From an uncultured Thermoplasmata archaeon (GTDB taxonomy: Archaea; Thermoplasmatota; Thermoplasmata; RBG-16-68-12), in contig CAVYJM010000006.1 of assembly GCA_963768855.1 (NCBI GenBank), forward strand, positions 256,001 to 320,000: a DNA stretch of 64,000 nt, read 5' to 3'. Positions 18,714 through 27,600 of the stretch are shown one piece after another. Below the pieces are notes generated by a model. That model saw nothing but the letters and a program-made list of their open reading frames with translations. It did no database searches and was not told the DNA's origin. The stretch's first letter is position 1; every line of letters begins with the position of its first letter. The translations under genes and the position numbers were made by a program.

Positions 18714-19378
18714 TCCTCGAGCCCGTGGGCCGTGATCCGGAACGTCGCCCGGGTGCCTTCCTCCCGGTGCCGGTGCTTGTCGAGGACCGCGGCTCGCTGG
18801 CTCGGTGCGACCTTCTCGAAGCGGATGATCGTCTTGGCGTTGTGGCTGAGCATGTGCCCGCCAAGGGGCATGTACCGTCCCGTGTCGAAGTCCGTATACA
18901 CCTGGGACGTGACGACGACCGGGATGCCGCGGGTCCGGGAGACCTTGAGCAGCCGAGCGATCTGCCGCGTCAGCGAGTATCGTTCGTCCCGCCGCGTCTC
19001 GTCCTTCATCGTCAGCCGGTAGTGCATCGTGATGCTGTCGATGACAATGAGGCCGACCTCCGCGTTGTTCTCCGCAATCTTGACGGCCTTCTCGATGAGC
19101 GACTCCTGCTCCTCGAAGTTGTACGGCTCGGAGAAGAGGATGTTCTTCGCCACGAGGTCGAAGTCCTCGCCGCAGATCTGCTGGAGCCGTTCCATCGACA
19201 CGCCCTCCGTGTCGATGTAGATGACCTTGCGCCCGGACCGTACGACGTTCCGCGCGAGCTGCAGACAGAAGTTCGTCTTGCCGCTCCCCGCCTCCCCGTG
19301 GAGGAGCGTGATGCACCCATCCTCGACTCCCCCGCCCAGGAGGTCGTCCAGGGCGCGGCAGCCCAGGGCCACCTTCAT
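18710..19378 (-). CDS. radB: DNA repair and recombination protein RadB
   Basis: GEAGSGKTN, YIDTEG.S.ERL.QI, VTSQVY, LGGHML.H, LDKHRH C-terminal basic patch. Confidence 0.92.
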   Translation of the reverse strand: MKVALGCRALDDLLGGGVEDGCITLLHGEAGSGKTNFCLQLARNVVRSGRKVIYIDTEGVSMERLQQICGEDFDLVAKNILFSEPYNFEEQESLIEKAVKIAENNAEVGLIVIDSITMHYRLTMKDETRRDERYSLTRQIARLLKVSRTRGIPVVVTSQVYTDFDTGRYMPLGGHMLSHNAKTIIRFEKVAPSQRAAVLDKHRHREEGTRATFRITAHGLED

Positions 19379-19403
19379 CGCTCGGACAAGGGCGGGGCCG
19401 CCT

Positions 19404-20429
19404 TTAAGGCTTCGAGGAGTCGGCCGTCGCGGCGGAGAGGAAGGCCTCGTCCGCGGTCCACACGACCCGGTGGCGTCCCGCCTTCGCCCCGTGCGTCCGG
19501 ACGACCCGTTCCGCCCCGGACTCCGGGTGGGCGGCCACGAGGTGCCCTTGGTCGTCCGGGCGGACGTCGGCCTCGAACCGCTCCGCGTCCACGCGACGGA
19601 GGCCGCGCAGGTCCTTCGGCTTGTAGCGGCGCTTCTCGCCCGTGATCAGGTCCCGGAGCTCGACGAACGGGCGGAGGGCGAGGACCTCCATCAGGCTCTC
19701 CTTCCGCCGGATCACGTCGCCGATCTCGAACGCGGGCAGGCGGACGAGCGAGGTGACGCGATACACTTCCTTGCCCTCGCGCTGGCCGTAGAGCTTGGGC
19801 GAGGCGGCCACCGTGCCGCCGAACGTCTCTGCGATCTCCTTGGCGAGCCGCATCCCGAGGCCGTTCGTGCTCACGTAGAAATCGAGGCCGCCGTGGACCT
19901 CCTCCGTGCGGGAGATGAAGTCCCCACCCTCGTCGCGTCCTCGGTGGATGCGGGCCAGGACGAGGGTCCGGACGGCCCGCAGTTCCCGCGGCGTCAGGTC
20001 CCGGCCCTCCGCGCGCACCTGGAGGATGCCCTCGAAGTAGCGACCTCCCTGCTTCTGGCATGTGTCGCATGCAGAGGGCTTGATCCGCAGGCGAACGTGG
20101 AAGTCCTGGACCTGCCGCAGGTCCTCGAACCGCCCGCTCGCCTTGACCGTGACGAAGTAGTTGTTCGCGTCCTCTTCCCGGGCGACGTGGGTGAAGGCGA
20201 CAAGCTCGAACGGCGGGAGGGGTCGCACCCGTTCCCGAAGGAGCTGGGGGATCGCCAGGTCGAGGTCGATCCGCGACCACCCGGACCGGAAGTGGAACGC
20301 CCCGCACTGGGCGCACCGCGGGACATCGAGGTTCGTGGGCGGCTCGACGAGGGGATGCTTCTTCGCGAAGCAAGAGGCGCAGACGCCCTGATAGACCGGG
20401 CCCTCGGCCCCGCACTCGACGCAGAACAT
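19404..20429 (-). CDS. NMD3 family ribosome biogenesis protein
   Basis: FCVECG..CASC, CAQCG, CDTCQK..G.YFEGILQVR, HGGLDFYVS. Confidence 0.9.
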   Translation of the reverse strand: MFCVECGAEGPVYQGVCASCFAKKHPLVEPPTNLDVPRCAQCGAFHFRSGWSRIDLDLAIPQLLRERVRPLPPFELVAFTHVAREEDANNYFVTVKASGRFEDLRQVQDFHVRLRIKPSACDTCQKQGGRYFEGILQVRAEGRDLTPRELRAVRTLVLARIHRGRDEGGDFISRTEEVHGGLDFYVSTNGLGMRLAKEIAETFGGTVAASPKLYGQREGKEVYRVTSLVRLPAFEIGDVIRRKESLMEVLALRPFVELRDLITGEKRRYKPKDLRGLRRVDAERFEADVRPDDQGHLVAAHPESGAERVVRTHGAKAGRHRVVWTADEAFLSAATADSSKP

Positions 20430-20542
20430 GCGGACGCCGTTCGAACGGGGTGGGCGTACTTAAGGGCTGGGTCGGCCCATGCCGACGGGCGATAGTCGAG
20501 ACGAAGTGCCTAAGTAGCCGAGCGGGTGTCGCACGGCAACTC

Positions 20543-21097
20543 ATGGCGAAGGTCCGCTCCTGGTGGCGCCGCAAGAAGGTCTACCACCGGGACGCCGTCA
20601 TCCTGTCCGTCCTGTCGTCCGCCTGCCTGCTCGCGGGCGAGCTCGCGGACCAGGACATCTCCAGCCTGTACACGCACTTCATCGCCCCCGTCCTGGGGGA
20701 CCCGGCGATGCTCCTCTGGAACGTCACGCTCACCCTCCTCGTGTTCACCACCTACTTCGGCGGGATCCTCGTCCTCCTGGGCGGAATCAACTTCCTCTGG
20801 GGCCGCGGGTCGCGGGGACGGTTCTTCGCAGGACTGGGCACGGGGATCAGCTCGCTCACCCTGCTCCGGATCATCGCCTACTCCACCCTGACGATGGGGC
20901 AGCCCTTCCTCATCTTCTCCGGATACGCAGCGAGCCTTTCGGGGATCGGGCTCCTCCTGGGATTCGGCAGCTATCTGCTGATGCACGAGTACTCCCTGCT
21001 CCTGAAGAAGCATGCGAAGAACGCGTGGCGGCAGTGGCGCCGGTCCCGTCGGCCGGCGAACCGCCGGCGGTTCCGGGGCCTCGCGGGACGCGGCTGA
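20543..21097 (+). CDS. Hypothetical multi-pass membrane protein
   Basis: Start MAKVRSWWRRKK; about four hydrophobic helices; Arg-rich C-terminus. Confidence 0.7.
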   Translation: MAKVRSWWRRKKVYHRDAVILSVLSSACLLAGELADQDISSLYTHFIAPVLGDPAMLLWNVTLTLLVFTTYFGGILVLLGGINFLWGRGSRGRFFAGLGTGISSLTLLRIIAYSTLTMGQPFLIFSGYAASLSGIGLLLGFGSYLLMHEYSLLLKKHAKNAWRQWRRSRRPANRRRFRGLAGRG

Positions 21098-21110
21098 GTG
21101 CGCCCTCACC

Positions 21111-21269
21111 TCACGACGCGAGGGTCCAGAGGCTCCAGCCGATGTAGGCGACCAGGGCGAGGGCCGCGAGGACGAAGCCGATCCCGATCGCCCACTCTCC
21201 CGCGGACGGCGGCTCGGCGGGCGGGGGCGCCTCGGGAGGCGCATGACCGGTTGCCGGTTCGGCGTGCAT
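21111..21269 (-). CDS. 52-aa single-TM microprotein (not in ORF track)
   Basis: MHAEPATGHAPPEAPPPAEPPSAGEWAIGIGFVLAALALVAYIGWSLWTLAS*, GC3-rich codons, fills the gap exactly. Confidence 0.65.
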   Translation of the reverse strand: MHAEPATGHAPPEAPPPAEPPSAGEWAIGIGFVLAALALVAYIGWSLWTLAS

Positions 21270-21315
21270 CACAACGGCGAAGGAGGAGTGCCTGAAGAAC
21301 CTTCGCAGGGCGTCT

Positions 21316-21615
21316 TCACCCCGTCATCATCACGTACTGCGCGTGGGGGATGCCACCGATCCAGAGGATCCCCTCGTCGCTCACGTAGCCGCCCTGCTTT
21401 GCCGCCTCGATCGTCTCGCGGCCGACGAAGTTGCCGATCGTCGCGAGCTTGAGGTGGTCGAGCAGGCCTTCCGGCGTCACGAGGTCGCCCTCGTAGAACT
21501 TGCCCACCTCGATCTTGAATTTCCCTTCGCGGAACGTCTTGCCGAGGAGGTCCTCGTCCGCCGCGGCAACGAGGGTCTCCTTCCCCTGAGTGTAGACCTT
21601 CATCCGGATGGGCAT
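21316..21615 (-). CDS. DUF424 family protein
   Basis: LVAAADEDLLGK.FREG...FY.G, ATIGNFVG, I.GIPHAQ. Confidence 0.9.
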   Translation of the reverse strand: MPIRMKVYTQGKETLVAAADEDLLGKTFREGKFKIEVGKFYEGDLVTPEGLLDHLKLATIGNFVGRETIEAAKQGGYVSDEGILWIGGIPHAQYVMMTG

Positions 21616-21658
21616 GAGCGGACCTGTGTCCCATCGCGGGAAGGATTAAAGGCCTTTC

Positions 21659-23830
21659 CTAGAGCCGCTCGACGAGCTTGTACTTGCTCTTCGCGGGGCT
21701 GTAGATCTCCCCTTCCTGGGACCAACGCTTGAGCCACGAGTCGACCTTGGCGGGCGGGATGCCCCGCTCCTGCGCGATGCGGACGATGTCCTCGTAGTCC
21801 GCGACCCCGTCGGGCCCGGCGAGCTCGTTGATCACGTCCCGGAGGGAGATGATCTGCTCGCGCTGGGACTGGCTGATCCCGGTCTGGATGATGTCGATGT
21901 CGAACTTGCCTTCCTCGCCGGCGACCTTGCCCATCCAGTACTCGACGATCCGCACGGCGCGGTCCGCGTCGTCGATCGTGACCTCGGCGCTCAGACGGAG
22001 ACGGGCGCTCGCCTCGGAGAGGCGGATGATGGCCTCAAGCTGCCTTGGCGTGATCGGCACGCTCGAACCGACCCCTTCGCCGGTCTTGCGGATGTCGAGG
22101 TACTTCTTCTCGATTGCCCCCATGGCCTCGTCCGTCATGACCGGGTAGATGCGCTTCGCGTACGCGACGTACTTCCGCAGGAACTCCGGGTTGAAGTGCG
22201 GGGTGTACGGCTCCTCGAGCATGTGCGTCTCCGCCGTCGCGAGGCCCGATTCGCGGCGCCGCAGCATCTCGCCGACCTGGTGTCCCTTGAGGACGTGCTC
22301 CGCGAGCTCGCGGTCCTTGTCCGCCTGGGGGCGATCGATCATGGAGAAGATGATGTCGAAGCGGCTGAGCAGCGCGGGCGGCAGGTCGATCTGCTCGGAG
22401 ATGTACTTGTGTTCGTCGAACCGTCCGAACTTCGGGTTCGCCGCGGCGAGGACCGCGCACCGCGACTGGAGGACAGCGGTGATTCCCGCCTTCGCCACGC
22501 TGATCCGTTGTTGCTCCATCGCTTCGTGGATCGCCGACCGGTCCTGTGGGTTCATCTTCTCGATCTCGTCGATGCATGCCAGGCCGAGATCGGCGAGGAC
22601 GAGGGCGCCCGCCTCGAGAGTCCAGCGGCCCTCACCGAACTCATCGCGGACTGCCGCGGCGGTAAGCCCGGCCGCGGTCGCGGCCTTGCCGGTTGCATAG
22701 ATCCCGCGCGGCGACAGGCGGCTCATGTACGACAGCAACTCGGATTTCCCGACACCGGGGTCGCCGACCATGAGCACGTGGATGTCGCCGCGGATGCGGC
22801 GGCCGTCGGGCAGTACCTTCGGCACCCCGCTGAAGAGCTGGAGGGCGAGCGCCTCCTTCTCCACGTGCATTCCGTACAGGGACGGAGCGATGGAGGCGGT
22901 GATCAGGCGATAGATATCGGGCGTCGAGCCCGCCTCGCGGATGAGCCGCGCATCTTCCTCGGTGACCTCGATCTCCTCGAACTCGACCTGCTCCCGCTCG
23001 ATCGAGTTGACGTCGATGAAGATGTCAAACAGGGTGGACTTCGCGCCGGGCCGTCCCTTCTGGACGCTCCGGAGGACGCCGTTCATGACCACGCGGTTGC
23101 CCGGGGTGATGAGCCCGGTCAGGTCGTCCTCCACGTACGTCGTGAGCCGCTGCGGCTCCTCGCCGCCCCGCAGCCCCTCGGGAGCCTCCTGGATCTCGAG
23201 CTTCTGCGTGTCGAGGTACAACGAGGTCTCCGTGAGGAGCTTGAACTTCGTCGCGCTCGCGGAGCGCTTGCATCCGCCCTGCTCCTCGTAGCACTCGAGG
23301 GGTTCGCGAAAGTTCTGGCCGTCCTGTTCCTCCTTGATGACCGTCCCGCAGCGCATGCACTGGAAGAGCGCGCCGACCACCCGCGGCCGGACTTCCGTCG
23401 ACTTGCGGACGAGCCCTTCCACGGAGATGAACCGGCCGAGGTGCTTCGCCCGCAGATCTCGAATCTGGACCCGGCCATCCCGCGGCAACCCTTTCACGCG
23501 GAGGTGGATCTGGGTGAGCTCCTCGCCCGGTGGGACCAGGCGGCGCATCGCCTCCTCGCCCGCGGTGAGGACGTTGAGCGGGTGCTTCATCAGGAAGATG
23601 GCCATGTCCGTGTCGAAGCGGTTCAGCTCCGGGAACGAGACCTCGAGGGTGCGGTCCTCCGGATACCGGTCCGCGACGGCGATGATCTTGGACAGGTATC
23701 CGGCTTCCTCGAAGAACTCCTCCCACTTCGCAATGAGCTCTTCCTGTGGAAACTCAACGAGCGTACGATCCTCCCCGTGCCTCCGGACCCGATCCCCTTC
23801 GAACTCCGGCGGCGCGTCCGCACCTGCCAT
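21659..23830 (-). CDS. mcm: Replicative helicase MCM
   Basis: Zn finger CMRC..C, GDPGVGKSELL Walker A, GLTAAAV, CIDEIEKM, LLSRFD, ITPRQLEA; no intein. Confidence 0.97.
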   Translation of the reverse strand: MAGADAPPEFEGDRVRRHGEDRTLVEFPQEELIAKWEEFFEEAGYLSKIIAVADRYPEDRTLEVSFPELNRFDTDMAIFLMKHPLNVLTAGEEAMRRLVPPGEELTQIHLRVKGLPRDGRVQIRDLRAKHLGRFISVEGLVRKSTEVRPRVVGALFQCMRCGTVIKEEQDGQNFREPLECYEEQGGCKRSASATKFKLLTETSLYLDTQKLEIQEAPEGLRGGEEPQRLTTYVEDDLTGLITPGNRVVMNGVLRSVQKGRPGAKSTLFDIFIDVNSIEREQVEFEEIEVTEEDARLIREAGSTPDIYRLITASIAPSLYGMHVEKEALALQLFSGVPKVLPDGRRIRGDIHVLMVGDPGVGKSELLSYMSRLSPRGIYATGKAATAAGLTAAAVRDEFGEGRWTLEAGALVLADLGLACIDEIEKMNPQDRSAIHEAMEQQRISVAKAGITAVLQSRCAVLAAANPKFGRFDEHKYISEQIDLPPALLSRFDIIFSMIDRPQADKDRELAEHVLKGHQVGEMLRRRESGLATAETHMLEEPYTPHFNPEFLRKYVAYAKRIYPVMTDEAMGAIEKKYLDIRKTGEGVGSSVPITPRQLEAIIRLSEASARLRLSAEVTIDDADRAVRIVEYWMGKVAGEEGKFDIDIIQTGISQSQREQIISLRDVINELAGPDGVADYEDIVRIAQERGIPPAKVDSWLKRWSQEGEIYSPAKSKYKLVERL

Positions 23831-23949
23831 GTTCCTACTTAACCTCCCACCCCACCACTTCCTGTCCAGTGGAGAAGATCTGCGGTTTCCAGATAGGGAC
23901 GCGATCGGTGGTCATTTCCAGTGGAACTCCTACGGCCTTTCGGCCTGCC

Positions 23950-24093
23950 TCAATCGCACGGTGAGTACCCGCATCGGCCGCACAGGACGCATCCGTTCGT
24001 GTGAACGAGGGCCTCTCCGCACTCCGGGCATTCCGTCGCGGATGCCCCTGGGTCGCCGTCCGCGGGATGGGCGGTCGGAGAGAGGTCTTCCAT
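23950..24093 (-). CDS. 47-aa zinc-ribbon microprotein resembling the C-terminal Cys cluster of class II ribonucleotide reductases (not in ORF track)
   Basis: MEDLSPTAHPADGDPGASATECPECGEALVHTNGCVLCGRCGYSPCD*; CCTTTTAGG TATA-like element upstream (24132-24140). Confidence 0.8.
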   Translation of the reverse strand: MEDLSPTAHPADGDPGASATECPECGEALVHTNGCVLCGRCGYSPCD

Positions 24094-24222
24094 GGTTTGC
24101 CTGCACCATCGGAAGACAAAGGTCCCGCGGGCCTAAAAGGAGCCCCGGGGGGATGGGCGAAAGTGGTGCGCGTCGACGGAGGGAGGCGAAGCTTCTTGCC
24201 CTGCGGTTCCTTCGTCGCGCCG

Positions 24223-24627
24223 ATGGACCTCCCTGAGGAGCTTGAGGACCTCCGCCGCTTCCACGGCCACCTCGGCATCTACGTTACCCTGGGCCTGCGC
24301 ATGGGGGCGATCGGGAAACGCACCCTCGGCACGTACAAGGGACTCCGCGCCACGGTGCGGACCGTCCCGAAGCCGCCGATGATGTGCGTCGTCGACGGAG
24401 TCCAGTTCGCGAGCGCCTGCACGATGGGCAAGGGCAACATCGCGGTCGAGCCGGCCATGGAGCCCGAGGTGACCTTCGAGAAGGAGGGCCGGCGGCTCAC
24501 GATCTCCCTGAAGCCCGGCCTGCGCGAGCGGATCGACGGCGAGATGTCCCACGAGACGGAGCTCGAGCGGTCCGTTCACTACTTCCAGGTGCCCGAGGAC
24601 GAGATCTTCGACGTCCGCACGGGTTGA
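24223..24627 (+). CDS. FmdE-like protein
   Basis: RFHGHLG...LGLRMG, CVVDGVQ...CTMGKGNI; start MDLPEEL at 24223. Confidence 0.8.
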   Translation: MDLPEELEDLRRFHGHLGIYVTLGLRMGAIGKRTLGTYKGLRATVRTVPKPPMMCVVDGVQFASACTMGKGNIAVEPAMEPEVTFEKEGRRLTISLKPGLRERIDGEMSHETELERSVHYFQVPEDEIFDVRTG

Positions 24628-24632
24628 CGCCG

Positions 24633-27600
24633 CTACCAGCCCGCCACGGTCCACACGGTCGTCGCCGCGACCCGCACCCAGTACCCGTCCCCCGCCACGA
24701 TGGGCGTGGCATTGGACAGGATCTGCGTGTGGTACGGGTCGTTCGGATCGAAGCCGACGACGAGGTCCGCGCCCGTCGCGGCCTTCAGGGACCCGACCGT
24801 CAGATTGCCCAGGAACCCGGGCAGCGCCACGAGGTTCCATCCCGCGCAGAGCCTCAGGTGAACCTGCGCCTGCGCGATCCCGAGGACGAGCAACCTTCCG
24901 GAGGCCGTCGCATTGAACCAGAACCCGCGGCCCGCGGACAGGGTGAGGGGCGGCGCCGCGCCCGCGCTCGCGTTCGTCCACCCGAAACCGCCGGAGCAGC
25001 CGTCGTACGTCCACGCCTGGGACCACGGCAGGCTGCCGGCCATCGACGAGAGGGAGAGCGTGCCCGGGTCCACGGACATCCCCTTGAGGTTGAGGCCCGG
25101 AGCGACGGTGAGCCAGGTCTTGGCAGCGACCGCCGGACTCATCTCCGAGTTGTTCGCCGCGTCGATTGTCTCGATCCGATAGAACGCGGCGGCGGGATCG
25201 CCCGCGCCGCGTCCCGGATCCACGAAGCTGTAGCTCAGGGCGCCGGTCGCGGTCAGGTTGCCGCTCACCAGGGCGTACGGTCCCGCACGCGCCCGGAGCG
25301 CGCCACACCCGGTAGCGCGCCGTGCCTCCGTACAGGCTGTCGTCCCATGCCCTCCGCCACGAGACCTGGAGGTCCGCGTTGGCGTTCGTCAGGCTCATGG
25401 AGGAGAGGACGGCCGGCGCGGGCACGACGACATCTGGCCCGGTGTCGATAACGACGAAACAGGTCGTGTTGAATGGCCCCCAGTTCCCCGCCGCGTCTTC
25501 GGCGTGCACCCACGTGCACGTGGACCCCGGGGCGACCGCGAACCCGCCTGTGAACGTGAGGTTCTCCACGGCAGCATCGAACCTCCCGTCCGCGGCGTCC
25601 AGCGGGACGCCGGTGCCGTTCGCGGCGATCGGCAGGGCCGCGGACCAGAAGAGCTCGGCCGCGGCAATCGGACTGCCTCCCGAGCGGGTGTCGTCCGCGG
25701 TCGCGTTCATCCGGGCGAGCGCCGCCGCTCCGGGCGGGGACGGGCTGAAGCGCACCGCGCCCGCATGGATCACAGGACCGAGCGTGTCCCCTCCGGTCCG
25801 GTTAATCGCGAACGTGCGGTTGCCGATTGACTGGCCCGTCAGGCTCGGGGTCCCGTTGTCCGCCGCAAGGATGCGGATCCGGTACGCATCCCCGTTCAGG
25901 ACTCCGGTCAGGGTCCAGTTCACCTCTCGGACGTTGCCCGCGACGGTCGAGAGGGGGACCCACGTCTGCCCATCGTCCGGACTGTAGGAGAGGGCGAAGA
26001 AGGCGAGGCCGACCCCCGGCCCGTGGACCATGGCCGTCCAGGTGATCGGGAGGGAGGTGCCCGTATAGACGCCGCCCGCGGGGAGGACGAGGGCCACGGA
26101 GGGGTGCTCGCGGTCCAGCGTGGCCGTCGACACGCCCACGAGCCATCGCAGGGCGTTGTCGAGGATTCCCGCCCGCGTGGAGCTCCCCGGCCGCAGGTCC
26201 GTCGCGTTCGTGTCGACGCTCGTGATCTCGAAGGCGGAATACTCGAGCCGGGACGGGACGCCGCCCCAGGTCCCCACGCCCGCGGTCCCATTGTTCGCGG
26301 AGGACACCCATCGCAGCCCGACGGGCGCACCGCCGGTGCACCCGGTGACGCCGCCGTCGCGCCACGCGATGCTCGTCGCGCCCCCGGCCCCGTACGTCGC
26401 GAGCTCGTCGTCCGCTCCGCCGGTCCGGTGGGGCGTGTAGGGGACACCTGAGCTGTACGGGCCGCTGACCGGATCGCCCGAGACCCCGGCGACCTGGGCG
26501 ATCGCGGAGGGATCGCAGGCGAAGCCTGCCTTCAGGACCCCGCGGAGCCACGCCGTGTTCGTCGCGTTGTACCAGGGGGAGGTCGTGCTCCCGAGGGACC
26601 ACGACGTGTCATGGGAGAAGACAAGGAGCCGGCCTCCGCCGTCCAGGTAGGCCTTCACGAGCGCTTGCGCGGCCGGGCTGAAGGTCGGATACTCCTCGAG
26701 GCCGACCTGCCAGACGACGGCCTTCCGCGCCTGGAGGACGGAGAGCGGCGGGAGGCCCAGGTCCGAGACGGGCCACGGTGACCACGTCCAACCCGTCCCT
26801 TCGAACGCGGCTGCGTAGGACGCCTCCCGCGCTGCCGGGAACGTGTCGTCTCCGAGGACGAGGAGGACGTCTCCCCAGGGGGGCGTGCGGAAGGCATAGT
26901 GCAGACCCCCGTTCGTGTCTCGGGTCAGGTGGCCGAGCTGGTCTTTCGACAGGACGTCGTACTCGTAGAGGGTGTCTGCCTGGAGTCCCTGGAGGACAAG
27001 GGCGTGCGAGGTCCGCAGGAGCGTCTCGTTCACGGCGCTCGTCAATCCTCCCCCGACGGGGCCGTACGCGATTTCGGAGTCCGCCGAGAGGTCCGTGGAC
27101 CATCGGATCTCCGCGGAGGTCGCTTGGATCTGGTCCGCGATCACGCCCGAGACGGCGGGGAAGGTCGTGCGGACGGTCGCCGTGGCGACCGCGCTGTGGA
27201 CGGGCGACGGGTCCGCGTACGTGGCGGTGATCGTGTCCCCATCCCGGACCTCGAGGACGCCGTCCGCCGCCGGCTGCCCGAAAGCCGTCGCGATGAACCC
27301 GGTCCACGGGGCGCCCACGGCGGCCCTCGTCAGGGTCACGGTCTCGCCCGCGGGCTCGAGGCCCGAGGCGACGAGGACGGAGACCGCGGTCGCGTTCGCG
27401 TCCTCGACGCGGAGGCGCACCGTGTCGGCCTCGCCGTAGGTCGCCTTGTCGAGGCTCACACGGCCGTAGTTCGGGTCGAGGCCACCCGTGGCGACGAGGG
27501 CGAACGGCTGCGGGCCCACCGGCACGTTGGCGCCGATCACGGTGACCTTCCAGTCGCCTGCGGCGGGGGACTTCAGGAGGACCGCCTCCTCCGTGTTCGC

